A stretch of DNA of 64,000 nucleotides from an uncultured Clostridia bacterium (lineage in GTDB: Bacteria > Bacillota > Clostridia > Christensenellales > Pumilibacteraceae), in the NCBI GenBank assembly GCA_947632125.1, contig CANRNV010000001.1, positions 288-64,287 on the forward strand. Reading direction: 5' to 3'. The position numbers were made by a program, and so were the translations under genes. The notes under the pieces are model-generated. The model saw only the letters and a list, made by a program, of their open reading frames with translations, was not told the origin of the DNA and ran no database searches. Positions 43,753 to 54,054 of the stretch are shown one piece after another; the stretch's first letter is position 1; the number at the start of each line of letters is the position of its first letter.

Positions 43753-44830
43753 CTTTTCCTCTCCTCACCAAAGAAATCACAAGCAGCGTCACGGGCAAAA
43801 CAATCTCCGCCGCAAGGCAAAGCCACCTTGCAATGCTCGTGCCGAGTTCGAACAGAGCCGTCTTTCCGTCAAAAACGAATGTGCTGAGTATAAACATTAT
43901 CACAGCGGTAATTACGGCGTAAATTCTTACGTTGCCCCTCCCCACCACCTCGCTTGTAAAGAGGGATATGGCAAAGAAGCTGACTATTATCTGTATAAAG
44001 ATCGACCACATCCACATACAAAATATGGGGATATCGAACCTGCCGAACAAGTAACTGCCCGACGAATACAACACCATATTGCTGATATTGTGTCCGTAGT
44101 CGATTATTTTGGGATAGTCGCCGTACGTTTCGAACAGCACTATGGCAAAGAACATCACCGCCACGCTCGAAGCCGCCGCCCAAGCCATTCCTTTGAGGAC
44201 GAACCGCTTGCCCTGCTTAACTCTGCCGATAAAGAGCATAAGCACGGACACGTCGCCGAACCAAAGCGGAAACTTGTTGAGCGTCCCGAGTATCTCCTTT
44301 ACGTCGAAATCTATGGGGGTAAGACCCGTAAGATCCACATTTTTCACCGTGAGCAAAAACAGTATGGCGAGCGCGGCGAGAATAAACGGAAAGAACAGCT
44401 GAGCCATTCTGCCTATCGGTCGTATGCCCTTACAGCAAAATACGACAAGCAAAAACAGCAGCACGATGAGGCAAAACGTGAAGTCGACGCTTTTTAGGAT
44501 CTCGGTGTTGAAAAACAGCTTCAATTCGCCCAACATCAAAATGAGTTTTACGGCGAGCAAAGCGATAAGCACGACAAGGACGATCTTTGCCACGATAACT
44601 CCGAGCGAAGCTTTCAAGATTTCGTACAGCGTCTTTTCGGGATTGAGTTTGATGATGATAAGAAGCATAAGCAGCACGGCAAGTTCGATGAGCACGAACA
44701 CGAGCATGCTTATCCAGCCGTCCCTGCCCGAATATTTGATGAGCAGTCCCGGCGCGAGAAAAATTTTGAGCGCCATAACGGCTATGAATATAAATACGGC
44801 GAGTTGTTTTGAGTCTATATTGTCATGCAT
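43715..44830 (-). CDS. Germinant receptor B subunit (GerAB/spore germination permease, APC-like)
   Basis: 371 aa with about 10 TM helices. It lies between the A and C subunit genes and overlaps the C gene by 38 nt. Confidence 0.8.
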   Translation of the reverse strand: MHDNIDSKQLAVFIFIAVMALKIFLAPGLLIKYSGRDGWISMLVFVLIELAVLLMLLIIIKLNPEKTLYEILKASLGVIVAKIVLVVLIALLAVKLILMLGELKLFFNTEILKSVDFTFCLIVLLFLLVVFCCKGIRPIGRMAQLFFPFILAALAILFLLTVKNVDLTGLTPIDFDVKEILGTLNKFPLWFGDVSVLMLFIGRVKQGKRFVLKGMAWAAASSVAVMFFAIVLFETYGDYPKIIDYGHNISNMVLYSSGSYLFGRFDIPIFCMWMWSIFIQIIVSFFAISLFTSEVVGRGNVRIYAVITAVIMFILSTFVFDGKTALFELGTSIARWLCLAAEIVLPVTLLVISLVRRGKDEVNSGQENSDN

Positions 44831-44834
44831 AAAT

Positions 44835-46232
44835 TCAGCCCTGCCTCGTTTCGTTGATATTCGGTATGGATCTCGGACGCGTTTTGAGCGTGTTTATCGG
44901 CATTCGAACGAGCGAATCTTTGAGGTCGTTGTCGATAAGCGGCGCAAAAGGCGCGGTGTACGGCACTCCGAAGCTGTCGAGCGAACACATTCGGTGCACG
45001 ATGAACAGCGCGGATACGAGCAGTCCGAAAAAGCCGAGTATGCCGCCCATTATTATCAGTCCCACCCTGATAAGGCTCATCGTTCCCACCTCGTTGGGGA
45101 CGGTGTACAGCGAAATGGAACTGAGCGCGACCGCCATGACCGCCGGCGAGCTGATTATGCCCGCGTTGACAGCCGTTTCGCCGAGGACGAGCGCACCCAC
45201 GATGCTCATCGCCATTCCGACCGCTCTCGGCATACGCACGCTCGCCTCTCGAATGATCTCGAACAACATCAAGACGAACAGGATCTCGGGGAGCGGCGGC
45301 AAAGGTATGCCCTCTATGGCATTCATAAGCGTCGTCAAAAATCTCACGGGAATGACCTCTTGATGAAAGACCTGCAACGAAACGAAAAACGCGGGCAAAA
45401 CCGCCCCGAAAAAAAGAGCGATAAGGCGCAAGATCCTTATAAACGAGGAGAAAAAGTTGCGCTCGTAGTAGTCCTCGCTGCTTTGCAGGTTCTCGATGAA
45501 CATAAACGGAACTGTCAGCACCATGGGCGAGCCGTCCACGATTATCGCCACCCTGCCCTCGAGCATCTTGGCGCATACGACGTCCGGCTTTTCGGATATG
45601 CCCGTCTGTGCGAATATCGAGTACGGGTGATCTTCGAGCAGCGGTTGGAGATAATGGCTGTCCACGAGGCAGTCTATGTCGATGTTTTTCAGCCTCGCCC
45701 TCACGTCGTCGATAAGTTGCGGCGAGGCTATGGTCGAGATGTAGACAAGCGCAACCGTGGTGGAACTCACCCTGCCTATGCGCATCTTCTCGACGGCAAG
45801 GGCGGGCGTGCGGAGCCTACGCTCAATGAGCCCGATGTTGGTCTTGACGTCCTCGATAAAGCCCTCTCTCGGACCGCGCATGACCGTTTCGGTGGGCGGC
45901 TCCTCGATGGAGCGTTTGTCGTACTTTCGAGCGTTTATCCTAAGCACGTCCTCGCCGAAAAACAGCAGCACGTCCCCGCTGAGCAGAGCCTCCATCGCCT
46001 CCGCCTCGTCGTCGAGCTTTTCGGTTTCGGAGGCGTAAAGCGTCCTCTCGCTCAGTTCGGTAAGTGTCGCCTTTTCGCTCCTTTGAAGAGCCTTTATCAC
46101 CCCGCGAATGACCTCGGCGTCGGTCAATTCGGCATTAAAGAGCAGCACGCAATCCTTACCGCCCGCCTTGACCGAACGCTCGACTATATTCTCTTTGGTC
46201 GCAAATTGACTTAAAAACTTTTGTGCATTCAT
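44835..46232 (-). CDS. Germinant receptor A subunit (GerAA/GerKA family)
   Basis: Conserved GerA-family stretches: EPPTETVMRGPREGFIED, GRVAIIVDGSPMVLTVP, SSEDYYER, and a TM-rich C-terminus. ATG 46232 is preferred because the candidate promoter lies inside the longer track ORF. Confidence 0.85.
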   Translation of the reverse strand: MNAQKFLSQFATKENIVERSVKAGGKDCVLLFNAELTDAEVIRGVIKALQRSEKATLTELSERTLYASETEKLDDEAEAMEALLSGDVLLFFGEDVLRINARKYDKRSIEEPPTETVMRGPREGFIEDVKTNIGLIERRLRTPALAVEKMRIGRVSSTTVALVYISTIASPQLIDDVRARLKNIDIDCLVDSHYLQPLLEDHPYSIFAQTGISEKPDVVCAKMLEGRVAIIVDGSPMVLTVPFMFIENLQSSEDYYERNFFSSFIRILRLIALFFGAVLPAFFVSLQVFHQEVIPVRFLTTLMNAIEGIPLPPLPEILFVLMLFEIIREASVRMPRAVGMAMSIVGALVLGETAVNAGIISSPAVMAVALSSISLYTVPNEVGTMSLIRVGLIIMGGILGFFGLLVSALFIVHRMCSLDSFGVPYTAPFAPLIDNDLKDSLVRMPINTLKTRPRSIPNINETRQG

Positions 46233-46240
46233 ATCAAAGC

Positions 46241-46269
46241 TATTATGTGTAATTTCCCGCCCCATATAC
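46241..46269 (-). promoter_or_regulatory. Sigma-G-like forespore promoter candidate for the ger operon
   Basis: Minus strand GTATA (46269-46265), 17-nt spacer, CATAATA (46247-46241). This matches my recollection of the sigma-G consensus (GnATA-17/18-CATnnTA). ATG 46232 is 8 nt downstream. Confidence 0.4.
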
Positions 46270-46322
46270 CCAAAATAAAAAAAGAAAACCGCTCGAAACA
46301 AAAAGGAACTCCGCCGAAAAAA

Positions 46323-46351
46323 GCACCCGTAAACTTTTGCTTTACGGGTGC
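46323..46351 (-). terminator. Rho-independent terminator after parC
   Basis: Perfect 11-bp stem GCACCCGTAAA / TTTACGGGTGC with a 7-nt loop, followed on the minus strand by T6 (46322-46317). Confidence 0.85.
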
Positions 46352-46398
46352 GGTTTATTATCATTATTATGTTTGCGTTTGCTTATCTTACAAAAAGG

Positions 46399-48807
46399 TT
46401 ATCGCATTATCTTGTCCTCGTAGACAAAGACCTTGGTGACCTCGGCGTTTTTGACGAGCGACTTGCCCGCATGGGTGCGAGCTTCGAGTTTGAAGTTGTC
46501 GGTGGGAACGCACATAAGGTATTCGCCGTCGAGTTCGAGCACCGGCTTGATTTGCTCGACGATCACTCTCGCGAACACGAGCCTGGTCCCGTTATTCTTA
46601 AAGTCGATGAGTTTGACGCCCTTGGAGTATCTGCCTATCGTTTCGAAGTCGGATACTCTGATTCGCTTTGCAAAGCCCCTGTCGGTTACAAGTGCGACGG
46701 TGCCGCTTCCGTCCGTCTGTTGAGCCGAGATGACAACGTCGCCGTCCGATAGCTTTATGCCCTTGACGCCCGTCGAGATCCTGCCTTGCTCGGGCACGTC
46801 GTCCGGAGCGCACCTGAGGCACATGCCCCCCTCGGTGACAAACATCAGCGTGCTTCCGCTTACCGCCGTTTCCATACCGATCACTTCGTCGCCCTCTTTG
46901 AGCTTGATCGCCTGATATGCGTTTTTAAGCAGGGTATACTCACTCCAAGGCGTGAGTTTTACCATACCTTGCTTGGTAAAGAAGTACACGTTGCCCTCGG
47001 GAACGTCGCCGGGAAGAGCGTATATGACACGTTCGTTTTCGCCATAGCCCTTTATAAGGTCTTTGAGCGGCGCGCCCTTTTCGCGCCACTTGCCGTCGAT
47101 GATGTCCTCGGCTCCTATCTTATAGCAGTTGCCCAAATTGGTGAACAGGCTGAGTTTTTTGTCCGCACGCAAATTTACGATCTGACTGCAAACTTCGTTG
47201 AGCGAGCTGTTTTCACCGAAATCCTTGGTCGCCATGGTGAAGTTTTTGTTGAGCATCTTTTTGATCGTATTGCTCTCTGTGACGGCTACCACGTACTCGT
47301 CGGCAAGCTTGTTGTCCTCCGAACGCTCGATCTTGTACTTATTGAGCGAGCCGATAATCTCGGACTTGCGCGGCAGCTTGTACTTGCGTTTGATTTCGAG
47401 TATCTCGCCCTTTATCGTATCCATTTGGAGTTTTTTGCTTCCGAGTATCTGAGTGAGCCGATCTATAAGCTTATGGAGTTCTTCGAGTTCCTGTTCGAGT
47501 TTGTACACTTCGAGGGCGGTCAGCCGTCCGAGGCGCAGGTCGATTATCGCCTGGACCTGCCTTTCGCTGAGGTCGAACCGCTTACGCAACTTGTCCTTTG
47601 CTTCGGTCGTGTTCTTGCTCGACTTGATGATCTGCACGACCTCGTCGATGTTGCGGACGGCGACGACCAAGCCCTCCAAAATGTGGGCGCGCTCCTTTGC
47701 CTCTTCGAGTTCGAAGCGCGTACGCCTTATTATCACCACGCGTTGATAGTTGACGTAATATGCGATTATGTCGAGCAGTCCCATCTGCTGCGGCTTGCCA
47801 TCGGCGATCGCCACCATGTTTATGCCGTAAGAAACGTGCAGGTTGGTGGTCTTAAACAGCACGTCGAGTATCTTGTCCACGTCTCCGTCCTTTTTGACCT
47901 TGATGACCGCTCGCATACCGTTGCGGTCGGACTCGTCGGAAATGTCGCTTATATACGACAGAACGTCCTTTTTCTCCTCTCGCACTTTTAGGATACTTTC
48001 GAGCAGCGCCGCCTTGTTTACCTGATAGGGCAGTTCGTCGATGACAATGAGCCGCTTTTCGCCCTCGTTCTCGATGTGGATCTTCGCCCTTATGCCTATC
48101 TTGCCCTTGCCCGTTTCGTAAGCCGTCGCCAGATCGCCCTCGACGATAACGCCGCCCGAGGGGAAGTCGGGACCTTTTATTATCTTCATCATCTCGCTCA
48201 GCTTTATCCTCGGATTGTCGATGTACGCCACCACTCCGTCTATCGCCTCGCCGAGGTTGTGGGGCGGAATGTTGGTGGCAAGTCCGACGGCTATGCCCGA
48301 CGCTCCGTTTACGAGCAGGTTGGGAAATCTGCCCGGCAAGAAGTCGGGTTCTCGCAACGTGTCGTCGAAGTTGGGTCGCCAATTGACCGTGTCCTTTTCG
48401 AGGTCACGCATAAGTTCGAGGGCGAGCGGTGCAAGACGAGCCTCGGTGTATCGCATAGCTGCGGGTCCGTCGCCGTCGATCGAGCCGAAGTTGCCGTGCC
48501 CGTCGATGAGCACCGAGCCCATATTGAACGGCTGAGCCATTCTTACGAGCGCGCCGTAAACCGAACTGTCGCCGTGCGGGTGATATTTACCGAGGCAATC
48601 TCCGACGATACGGGCGCACTTTTTGTGCGGCTTGTCGGGATTTATGCCGAGTTCCGCCATGGAGTATAGCACGCGTCGCTGAACGGGTTTCAGTCCGTCC
48701 TCCACCCTCGGGAGAGCCCTGTCCATTATGACGTATTCCGAATACGGCACCATGGAGTCGGTCATCACCTCTTCCATTGTCTTATATAATGTCTTTGCGC
48801 TATCCAT
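46399..48807 (-). CDS. parC: Type IIA topoisomerase subunit A, most likely topoisomerase IV ParC
   Basis: 802 aa. [19 protein letters not shown], and catalytic Tyr context [11 protein letters not shown] found no GyrA-box (QRRGGKG-like) at the start of the C-terminal domain. [11 protein letters not shown]...WREKG parallels Bacillus ParC LFTNKGNYLY...WKDLG. Confidence 0.7.
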   Translation of the reverse strand: MDSAKTLYKTMEEVMTDSMVPYSEYVIMDRALPRVEDGLKPVQRRVLYSMAELGINPDKPHKKCARIVGDCLGKYHPHGDSSVYGALVRMAQPFNMGSVLIDGHGNFGSIDGDGPAAMRYTEARLAPLALELMRDLEKDTVNWRPNFDDTLREPDFLPGRFPNLLVNGASGIAVGLATNIPPHNLGEAIDGVVAYIDNPRIKLSEMMKIIKGPDFPSGGVIVEGDLATAYETGKGKIGIRAKIHIENEGEKRLIVIDELPYQVNKAALLESILKVREEKKDVLSYISDISDESDRNGMRAVIKVKKDGDVDKILDVLFKTTNLHVSYGINMVAIADGKPQQMGLLDIIAYYVNYQRVVIIRRTRFELEEAKERAHILEGLVVAVRNIDEVVQIIKSSKNTTEAKDKLRKRFDLSERQVQAIIDLRLGRLTALEVYKLEQELEELHKLIDRLTQILGSKKLQMDTIKGEILEIKRKYKLPRKSEIIGSLNKYKIERSEDNKLADEYVVAVTESNTIKKMLNKNFTMATKDFGENSSLNEVCSQIVNLRADKKLSLFTNLGNCYKIGAEDIIDGKWREKGAPLKDLIKGYGENERVIYALPGDVPEGNVYFFTKQGMVKLTPWSEYTLLKNAYQAIKLKEGDEVIGMETAVSGSTLMFVTEGGMCLRCAPDDVPEQGRISTGVKGIKLSDGDVVISAQQTDGSGTVALVTDRGFAKRIRVSDFETIGRYSKGVKLIDFKNNGTRLVFARVIVEQIKPVLELDGEYLMCVPTDNFKLEARTHAGKSLVKNAEVTKVFVYEDKIMR

Positions 48808-48818
48808 ACTCTCCCTCC

Positions 48819-50762
48819 TTATTCTACCTTAAAGTTGTCCTCGCGGTTGAAGTTGGCGTTTTCGATGATGAACGCCTTGCGCTGTTCGATCGCATCGCCC
48901 ATAAGCACCGAAACGAGCCTCTCGGCTTCGGCGGCGTCCTCGATCGACACCTGTATGAGCGTGCGTCGCTTGGGGTCCATGGTCGTTTCCCAGAGCTGCT
49001 CGGAGTTCATCTCGCCCAAGCCCTTGTAACGTTGCAAGTCGAAGCCTCGCCCCACCTTTTCCTTTGCCTTATCGAGTTCCGCGTCGTTGTATGCGTATTC
49101 GACGATGTCCTTTTTGTACACCTTGTATAGGGGAGGCATACCGATAAACACGTGCCCGCCCGTTATCAACTCTTTCATGTACCTGAAAAAGAACGTGAGC
49201 AGAATTGCCCTTATGTGTCCGCCGTCCTGGTCGGCATCGGACAGGATTATCACCTTGTGGAAATTGAGGTCCTCCTCGCAGTAGTCGTCGCCTATCCCGC
49301 AGCCGAGAGCGGATATTATCGTGCGGATCTCGACGTTTTCGAGCACCTGATCGATACGCTTTTTTTCGGCGTTGAGCGGCTTGCCCCTAAGCGGCAGTAT
49401 CGCCTGATAGTGACGATTTCGCGCCTGCTTGCACGTTCCGCCCGCGCTGTCGCCCTCTACGATATAGAGCTCGTTGTCCTCGGCACGTCGACCCGTGCAG
49501 TTGCTGAGCTTGCCCACGAGATTGAAGTTTTCGATGCTGTTTTTCTGACGCGTTATCTCCTTGGCTTTGCGAGCCTCCTCCCTCACCTTGGCGGCAAGCA
49601 CCGCCTTTTTGAGGATCGCCTCCGCCGTGGACTTGGACGAGGGCGCCTCGAAGAACTTGCCGAGCTCGTTTGTCACGATGTGCTCGATGGCGAGCCGCGC
49701 CTCGGGATTGCCGAGTTTGGTCTTGGTCTGACCCTCGAATTGGACGTTTTGCATTTTGACGGACAGCACCGCCGTTATGCCCTCGAGGAAGTCATCGCCT
49801 TTGAGATTTTCGTTTTTGTCTTTTAGGATACCTATTCGCCTTGCCACGTCGTTCATCACCTTGGTCAAGCCGCTCTTAAAGCCCGTTTCGTGCGTGCCGC
49901 CTTCGGTCGTCGGAATGTTGTTTACGTACGAAAAGACGTTTTCGGTATAGCCGTCGGTGTATTGCAAGGCGAGTTCGGCATCGATATTGCCCTCGCTGCC
50001 CGTTATGAATATGGGCTTTTTGAAGCACGGGATCTTGGTGTCGTTGAGGTCGAGCACAAAGTCGACAAGCCCGCCCTCGTAGTGAAATTTGCAGCTTAAC
50101 GGCTCTTCGCCTCGCATATCCGACAAGGTTATCTTTGCCCCCTTGTTGAGAAAGGCAAGTTCCTTGATACGCCTCTTTATGGTGTAATAGTCGAAATTCA
50201 CGCTTTCGAATATGCGCGCGTCGGGCTTGAACCGCACCTTAGTGCCGTGCTTGTCGGTTTTCTTGCCCGTGTCTACAAGAGGGTTTTTGGGGACGCCGCC
50301 CTTGATTTTGCCGCCAACTTCCTTGCTCTCGAACTCCATTTTGTATGTCGTACCGTTTTTGTAGACCTCGACGGTCAGCCACTCGCTGAGCGCGTTGGTG
50401 ACCGAGGCGCCCACGCCGTGAAGTCCGCCCGAGTGCGAATAGTTCTCGTTGTCGAACTTGCCGCCCGCATGAAGCTGAGTAAATACGACCTCGACTGCGC
50501 TCACTCCGAGCTGCGGGTGTATGTCGACGGGGATACCCCTGCCGTTGTCCTCGACCGAAACCGAGCCGTCGTCGTACAAAACTATGTCTATGGAGTCGCC
50601 GTAGCCGTTTGTAACCTCGTCCATGGAGTTGTCCACTATCTCCCACAGGATGTGATGAAGCCCCTTTATCCCCGTCGTGCCTATATACATGCCCGGGCGA
50701 AGCCTTACCGCATCCAGACCTTCGAGTACCTTAATGTCCTTTGCGTCGTAACTTTTTCCCAT
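48819..50762 (-). CDS. parE: Type IIA topoisomerase subunit B, most likely topoisomerase IV ParE
   Basis: 647 aa. GHKL motifs [16 protein letters not shown] and GGLHGVGAS; Toprim EGDSAGG; [19 protein letters not shown] resembles Bacillus ParE. It lies 11 nt upstream of the A subunit gene. Confidence 0.7.
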   Translation of the reverse strand: MGKSYDAKDIKVLEGLDAVRLRPGMYIGTTGIKGLHHILWEIVDNSMDEVTNGYGDSIDIVLYDDGSVSVEDNGRGIPVDIHPQLGVSAVEVVFTQLHAGGKFDNENYSHSGGLHGVGASVTNALSEWLTVEVYKNGTTYKMEFESKEVGGKIKGGVPKNPLVDTGKKTDKHGTKVRFKPDARIFESVNFDYYTIKRRIKELAFLNKGAKITLSDMRGEEPLSCKFHYEGGLVDFVLDLNDTKIPCFKKPIFITGSEGNIDAELALQYTDGYTENVFSYVNNIPTTEGGTHETGFKSGLTKVMNDVARRIGILKDKNENLKGDDFLEGITAVLSVKMQNVQFEGQTKTKLGNPEARLAIEHIVTNELGKFFEAPSSKSTAEAILKKAVLAAKVREEARKAKEITRQKNSIENFNLVGKLSNCTGRRAEDNELYIVEGDSAGGTCKQARNRHYQAILPLRGKPLNAEKKRIDQVLENVEIRTIISALGCGIGDDYCEEDLNFHKVIILSDADQDGGHIRAILLTFFFRYMKELITGGHVFIGMPPLYKVYKKDIVEYAYNDAELDKAKEKVGRGFDLQRYKGLGEMNSEQLWETTMDPKRRTLIQVSIEDAAEAERLVSVLMGDAIEQRKAFIIENANFNREDNFKVE

Positions 50763-50780
50763 TTTATATCTCCTTTGCCT

Positions 50781-51182
50781 TTATTTTCCGTAATTTTGCC
50801 AAAATTCATTGTAGCCGCTGCTACTTCGTATCTCTTCCACCGCCCGAACGTCGCTCGTCAAAAAGATCGCCACGTCCGCCGGCAGTTCGCCTCGCCCCAC
50901 TGCGGCAAGCGAGTAGAACTTGGTCGTTTCGACAAAAGTCAATCCCCTCGCCTCGTTAAGGTAATTAAACATCTTTACTTGCACCTCGGGGGTGGGCGGA
51001 CGAGCCCTATCCGTTTCCACGTCGTTGAGATATGCCTTGGACACGCCGAGCAATATACGGAACTCGTCAAAGCCTATCTTGCGCTCCTGTCGTAGCGTCC
51101 TTAAATATCCGCCGAAGCTTGACTTGTCGCACTCCCTTTTCGTAAAAAACGTCCTCCCGATAGCGTAAGCCTCTTTCCGCAC
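50781..51182 (-). CDS. XRE-family helix-turn-helix transcriptional regulator
   Basis: 133 aa with a GTG start after GGGAG. HTH region LRTLRQERKIGFDEFRILLGVSKAYLNDVE. The stop is 18 nt upstream of parE. Confidence 0.75.
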   Translation of the reverse strand: MRKEAYAIGRTFFTKRECDKSSFGGYLRTLRQERKIGFDEFRILLGVSKAYLNDVETDRARPPTPEVQVKMFNYLNEARGLTFVETTKFYSLAAVGRGELPADVAIFLTSDVRAVEEIRSSSGYNEFWQNYGK

Positions 51183-51235
51183 CTTAAATCTCCCGTCCTG
51201 TCGACCCGAAGTCGATTGAGCCTATTTATTTGGTA

Positions 51236-51247
51236 AGTAAGCTTACT
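51236..51247. promoter_or_regulatory. Perfect 12-bp palindrome (operator candidate) upstream of the XRE gene
   Basis: AGTAAGCTTACT, nested in GTAAGTAAGCTTACTGCCTTAC, lies 54-65 nt upstream of GTG 51182. A second inverted repeat CTGCTTTTT-gt-AAAAAGCAG is at 51302-51321. Confidence 0.35.
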
Positions 51248-51485
51248 GCCTTACTATTTTAGCAGACCGCAAAACTTTTGTCAAACGAATTTTCCGCTTT
51301 TTCTGCTTTTTGTAAAAAGCAGAGCAAAAACTTTTATGGGCGGACGGGCGTTTCATTTCACCCCCAACTCCGCTTCGCTTGAGGGTATGGAAGTGTGTAT
51401 TTCGTTGTATTTATCTACTAACTCCGTTTCGCTTGGAGGAGTTAAAATATAAAATGTCCACAGATAAAAAGCAGTCGGTAAACTC

Positions 51486-51514
51486 TTGATTTTTACGACT
51501 TTATATGATACAAT
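51486..51514 (+). promoter_or_regulatory. Sigma-A promoter of the MATE transporter gene
   Basis: TTGATT (51486-51491), 17-nt spacer, TACAAT (51509-51514), with a TGa extended -10. ATG 51525 follows after only 10 nt. Confidence 0.6.
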
Positions 51515-51524
51515 GATACTCGGA

Positions 51525-52952
51525 ATGGAAGAAAGCAAAAACAATTCGGGCGTAAAGGACTTGACAAAGGGCAAACCGCACTCGGTGCTGCTCAAATTTG
51601 CTCTTCCCATATTTTTGAGCCAACTGTTTCAGCAGCTGTACAACACTGCCGACACGCTTATCGTCGGGCAGTTTTTGGGGACCAACGCGCTCGGAGCGGT
51701 GAGTTCGTCGGGCAACCTCATCTTTCTGCTCGTCAGCTTTTTTACGGGGACGGCAATGGGTGCGGGCGTCGTTATCTCCAAGTACTTCGGGGCGAAAGAC
51801 GAGGAGAACGTCAAAAAAGCCATACACACGCTTGTGGCGTTTGGACTGACAAGCGGGGTCGCGCTTACGGTAATAGGCGTATTCCTTACCCCTACCCTGC
51901 TTAAACTTATGAAAACCGACGATAACTTGCTTCCCGAGGCTATCGAGTACTTTCGCTACTACTTTTTGGGCGTAATAGGCGTCGTGATGTACAACATTTG
52001 TCGCAGCATAATGAACGCCGTGGGCAACAGCAAGCGTCCGCTGTACTATCTTATATTTTCGTCACTGCTCAATATCGCCCTCGACCTGCTCTTTGTGGGA
52101 GCGTTTGGTTGGGGGGTATGGTCGGCGGCGGTCGCCACCGTCATTTCGCAAGTGGCGAGCGTGGTTTTGTGCTTTGCTTTCCTGTGTAAAAAGGGCAAGA
52201 TCTACACCGTAAACCTAAGCAAAATCAAATTCGACATTCCCTTGCTTAAAGAGATAATTCGCTACGGCTTGCCTGCGGGCGTGCAAAACTCGGTGATAGC
52301 GTTTGCCAACGTCATCGTGCAATCGCAGATCAACTCGTTCGGCGACCATGCGACGACGGCGTACGGCGTTTACAGCAAGATCGAGGGCTTTGCCTTTTTG
52401 CCCATAACTAGTTTTACCATGGCTCTTACCACCTTTATAGGACAGAACCTCGGCGCGGGCGACAATGAGCGGGCAAAAGCGGGCGCAAGGTTCGGCATAA
52501 TCGTCGGCGTACTCACCGCCGAAGTCATCGCCGTTGCGTTGTTTTTTGCCGCCCCGTATCTTATCCGAATGTTCGACAGGGAAAAGACGCCCGAGGTGAT
52601 CGCGCTCGGAGTTAAACAGATACATACCGTGGCGCTGTTTTACTGCCTGCTCGCCTATTCCCACTCTGTCGCCGCAGTGTGCCGAGGCGCGGGTCGCAGC
52701 GTGGTGCCCATGATAATCATGCTGTGCGTCTGGTGCGTGCTGAGGGTAATATACATCGAAATAACAATGAACATAGTCGACAAGTCGAATATCGACAACA
52801 TCGTGTACATATATTGGGCGTATCCCATAACCTGGGCGATCTCCTCGGTGATCTACTTTATTTATTATCACTGCTCGAATTGGTCGGACGGGTTCGGCGC
52901 GCCCAAACAAAAAGGGCAAAGGAAGCGCATAAAAAGTCCTCGACGGCACTAA
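51525..52952 (+). CDS. MATE-family efflux transporter
   Basis: About 475 aa from ATG 51525. N-terminus LLKFALPIFLSQLFQQLYNTADTLIVGQFLG is typical MATE, with 12 predicted TM segments. Confidence 0.9.
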   Translation: MEESKNNSGVKDLTKGKPHSVLLKFALPIFLSQLFQQLYNTADTLIVGQFLGTNALGAVSSSGNLIFLLVSFFTGTAMGAGVVISKYFGAKDEENVKKAIHTLVAFGLTSGVALTVIGVFLTPTLLKLMKTDDNLLPEAIEYFRYYFLGVIGVVMYNICRSIMNAVGNSKRPLYYLIFSSLLNIALDLLFVGAFGWGVWSAAVATVISQVASVVLCFAFLCKKGKIYTVNLSKIKFDIPLLKEIIRYGLPAGVQNSVIAFANVIVQSQINSFGDHATTAYGVYSKIEGFAFLPITSFTMALTTFIGQNLGAGDNERAKAGARFGIIVGVLTAEVIAVALFFAAPYLIRMFDREKTPEVIALGVKQIHTVALFYCLLAYSHSVAAVCRGAGRSVVPMIIMLCVWCVLRVIYIEITMNIVDKSNIDNIVYIYWAYPITWAISSVIYFIYYHCSNWSDGFGAPKQKGQRKRIKSPRRH

Positions 52953-52984
52953 AATATAACAATAAGATATTGTGCGAGGGCCAT

Positions 52985-53965
52985 ATGAAAAAAATCGTTC
53001 TTGCGGGAGGCGGCACGGCGGGGCACGTCATGCCCAATCTTGCCTTAATTCCCTACTTGAAAGACTGCGAGATCCACTATATAGGCGGAAACGGCATCGA
53101 AAAAGAACTGCTTAAAGGCTATGACGGCGTCGTTTATCACGAGATACCGTGCGTAAAGTACGTGCGCGGACGCATTATCCCCAACTTACTCATCCCGATA
53201 AAACTTATTCGATCGGTAAGTCGGGCGAAAAAGGTAATAAAAAGCATCGAGCCGGACGTCATCTTTTGCAAAGGCGGCTACGTCTGCCTGCCCGTCGCAC
53301 TCGCCAAGGGCAAAGCGACGCTCATTACGCACGAGAGCGACCTCAGCCTCGGGCTTACAAACAAGCTCATCGCCAAAAAATGCAAGTACGTATGCACGTC
53401 TTTCGACTGCACCGCCCCTACGCTCAAAAATCGCAACTACACCGGGGCGTTGATAAGGCGCGAACTGCTCAAAGGCACACGCAACACCCCCTATCCCACT
53501 CTGCTCGTCATGGGCGGCTCGTTGGGCAGCGAGGCTATAAACAAATGCGTCTACGAGGCGCTCGACGAACTGACAAAGCGGTACAACGTTATCCACATCG
53601 TCGGCAAGGGCAAGGCAAGGGACATAAGCGCAAGGGGATACACCCGTCTTGAATTTGCCGATATGCCAAACATCTATGCAAGCGCGGACCTCATCGTGTC
53701 GAGAGGCGGGGCGGGCTCGCTGTTCGAGATCGCCTCGTTAAACAAAAAGGCTCTCGTAATCCCGCTGCCCAAGGGAGTGTCGCGGGGCGATCAGGTGGAA
53801 AACGCCGCTTACTTCGAGAGCAAAGGGGTGATAAAGGTCTTGCCCGAGGAGCGGCTTTCGCCCGAAACGCTTATAAAGGAACTGACCGCGCTCGAAAGCT
53901 TTTCGCCCAAAGCGTTTGACGCTTGCGGGACGAAAAAGGTGGCTGCGCTCATTCTCGAAAGCTAA
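52985..53965 (+). CDS. murG: UDP-GlcNAc:lipid I N-acetylglucosaminyltransferase MurG
   Basis: 326 aa from ATG 52985. MKKIVLAGGGTAGHVMPNLAL matches the GGTGGH-type motif. C-terminal GT28 domain (VSRGGAGSLFE...GDQVENA). The track ORF start at 52679 overlaps the MATE gene. Confidence 0.88.
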   Translation: MKKIVLAGGGTAGHVMPNLALIPYLKDCEIHYIGGNGIEKELLKGYDGVVYHEIPCVKYVRGRIIPNLLIPIKLIRSVSRAKKVIKSIEPDVIFCKGGYVCLPVALAKGKATLITHESDLSLGLTNKLIAKKCKYVCTSFDCTAPTLKNRNYTGALIRRELLKGTRNTPYPTLLVMGGSLGSEAINKCVYEALDELTKRYNVIHIVGKGKARDISARGYTRLEFADMPNIYASADLIVSRGGAGSLFEIASLNKKALVIPLPKGVSRGDQVENAAYFESKGVIKVLPEERLSPETLIKELTALESFSPKAFDACGTKKVAALILES

Positions 53966-54054
53966 ATAACGTCATAATACGACCATTGTTCCCTCGTTTT
54001 ACGCCGATTATGCTGTTATAATTGTATAAAGCATAACAAGGGGGTAACACCGTA

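Noticed and set aside
46399-50762. Calling the type IIA topoisomerase pair gyrB/gyrA because dnaA is in the same window.
   Set aside because: The pair is 45 kb from dnaA and not in a dnaA-dnaN-recF-gyrB arrangement. The A subunit lacks a GyrA box, and both subunits look more like Bacillus ParE/ParC by eye. The gyrase alternative is kept as a caveat in the confidence values.
51353-51610. 85-aa minus-strand ORF in the XRE/MATE intergenic region.
   Set aside because: It has no SD and overlaps the MATE promoter and start. Its sequence is dictated by the repeated hairpin units and has no recognisable family.
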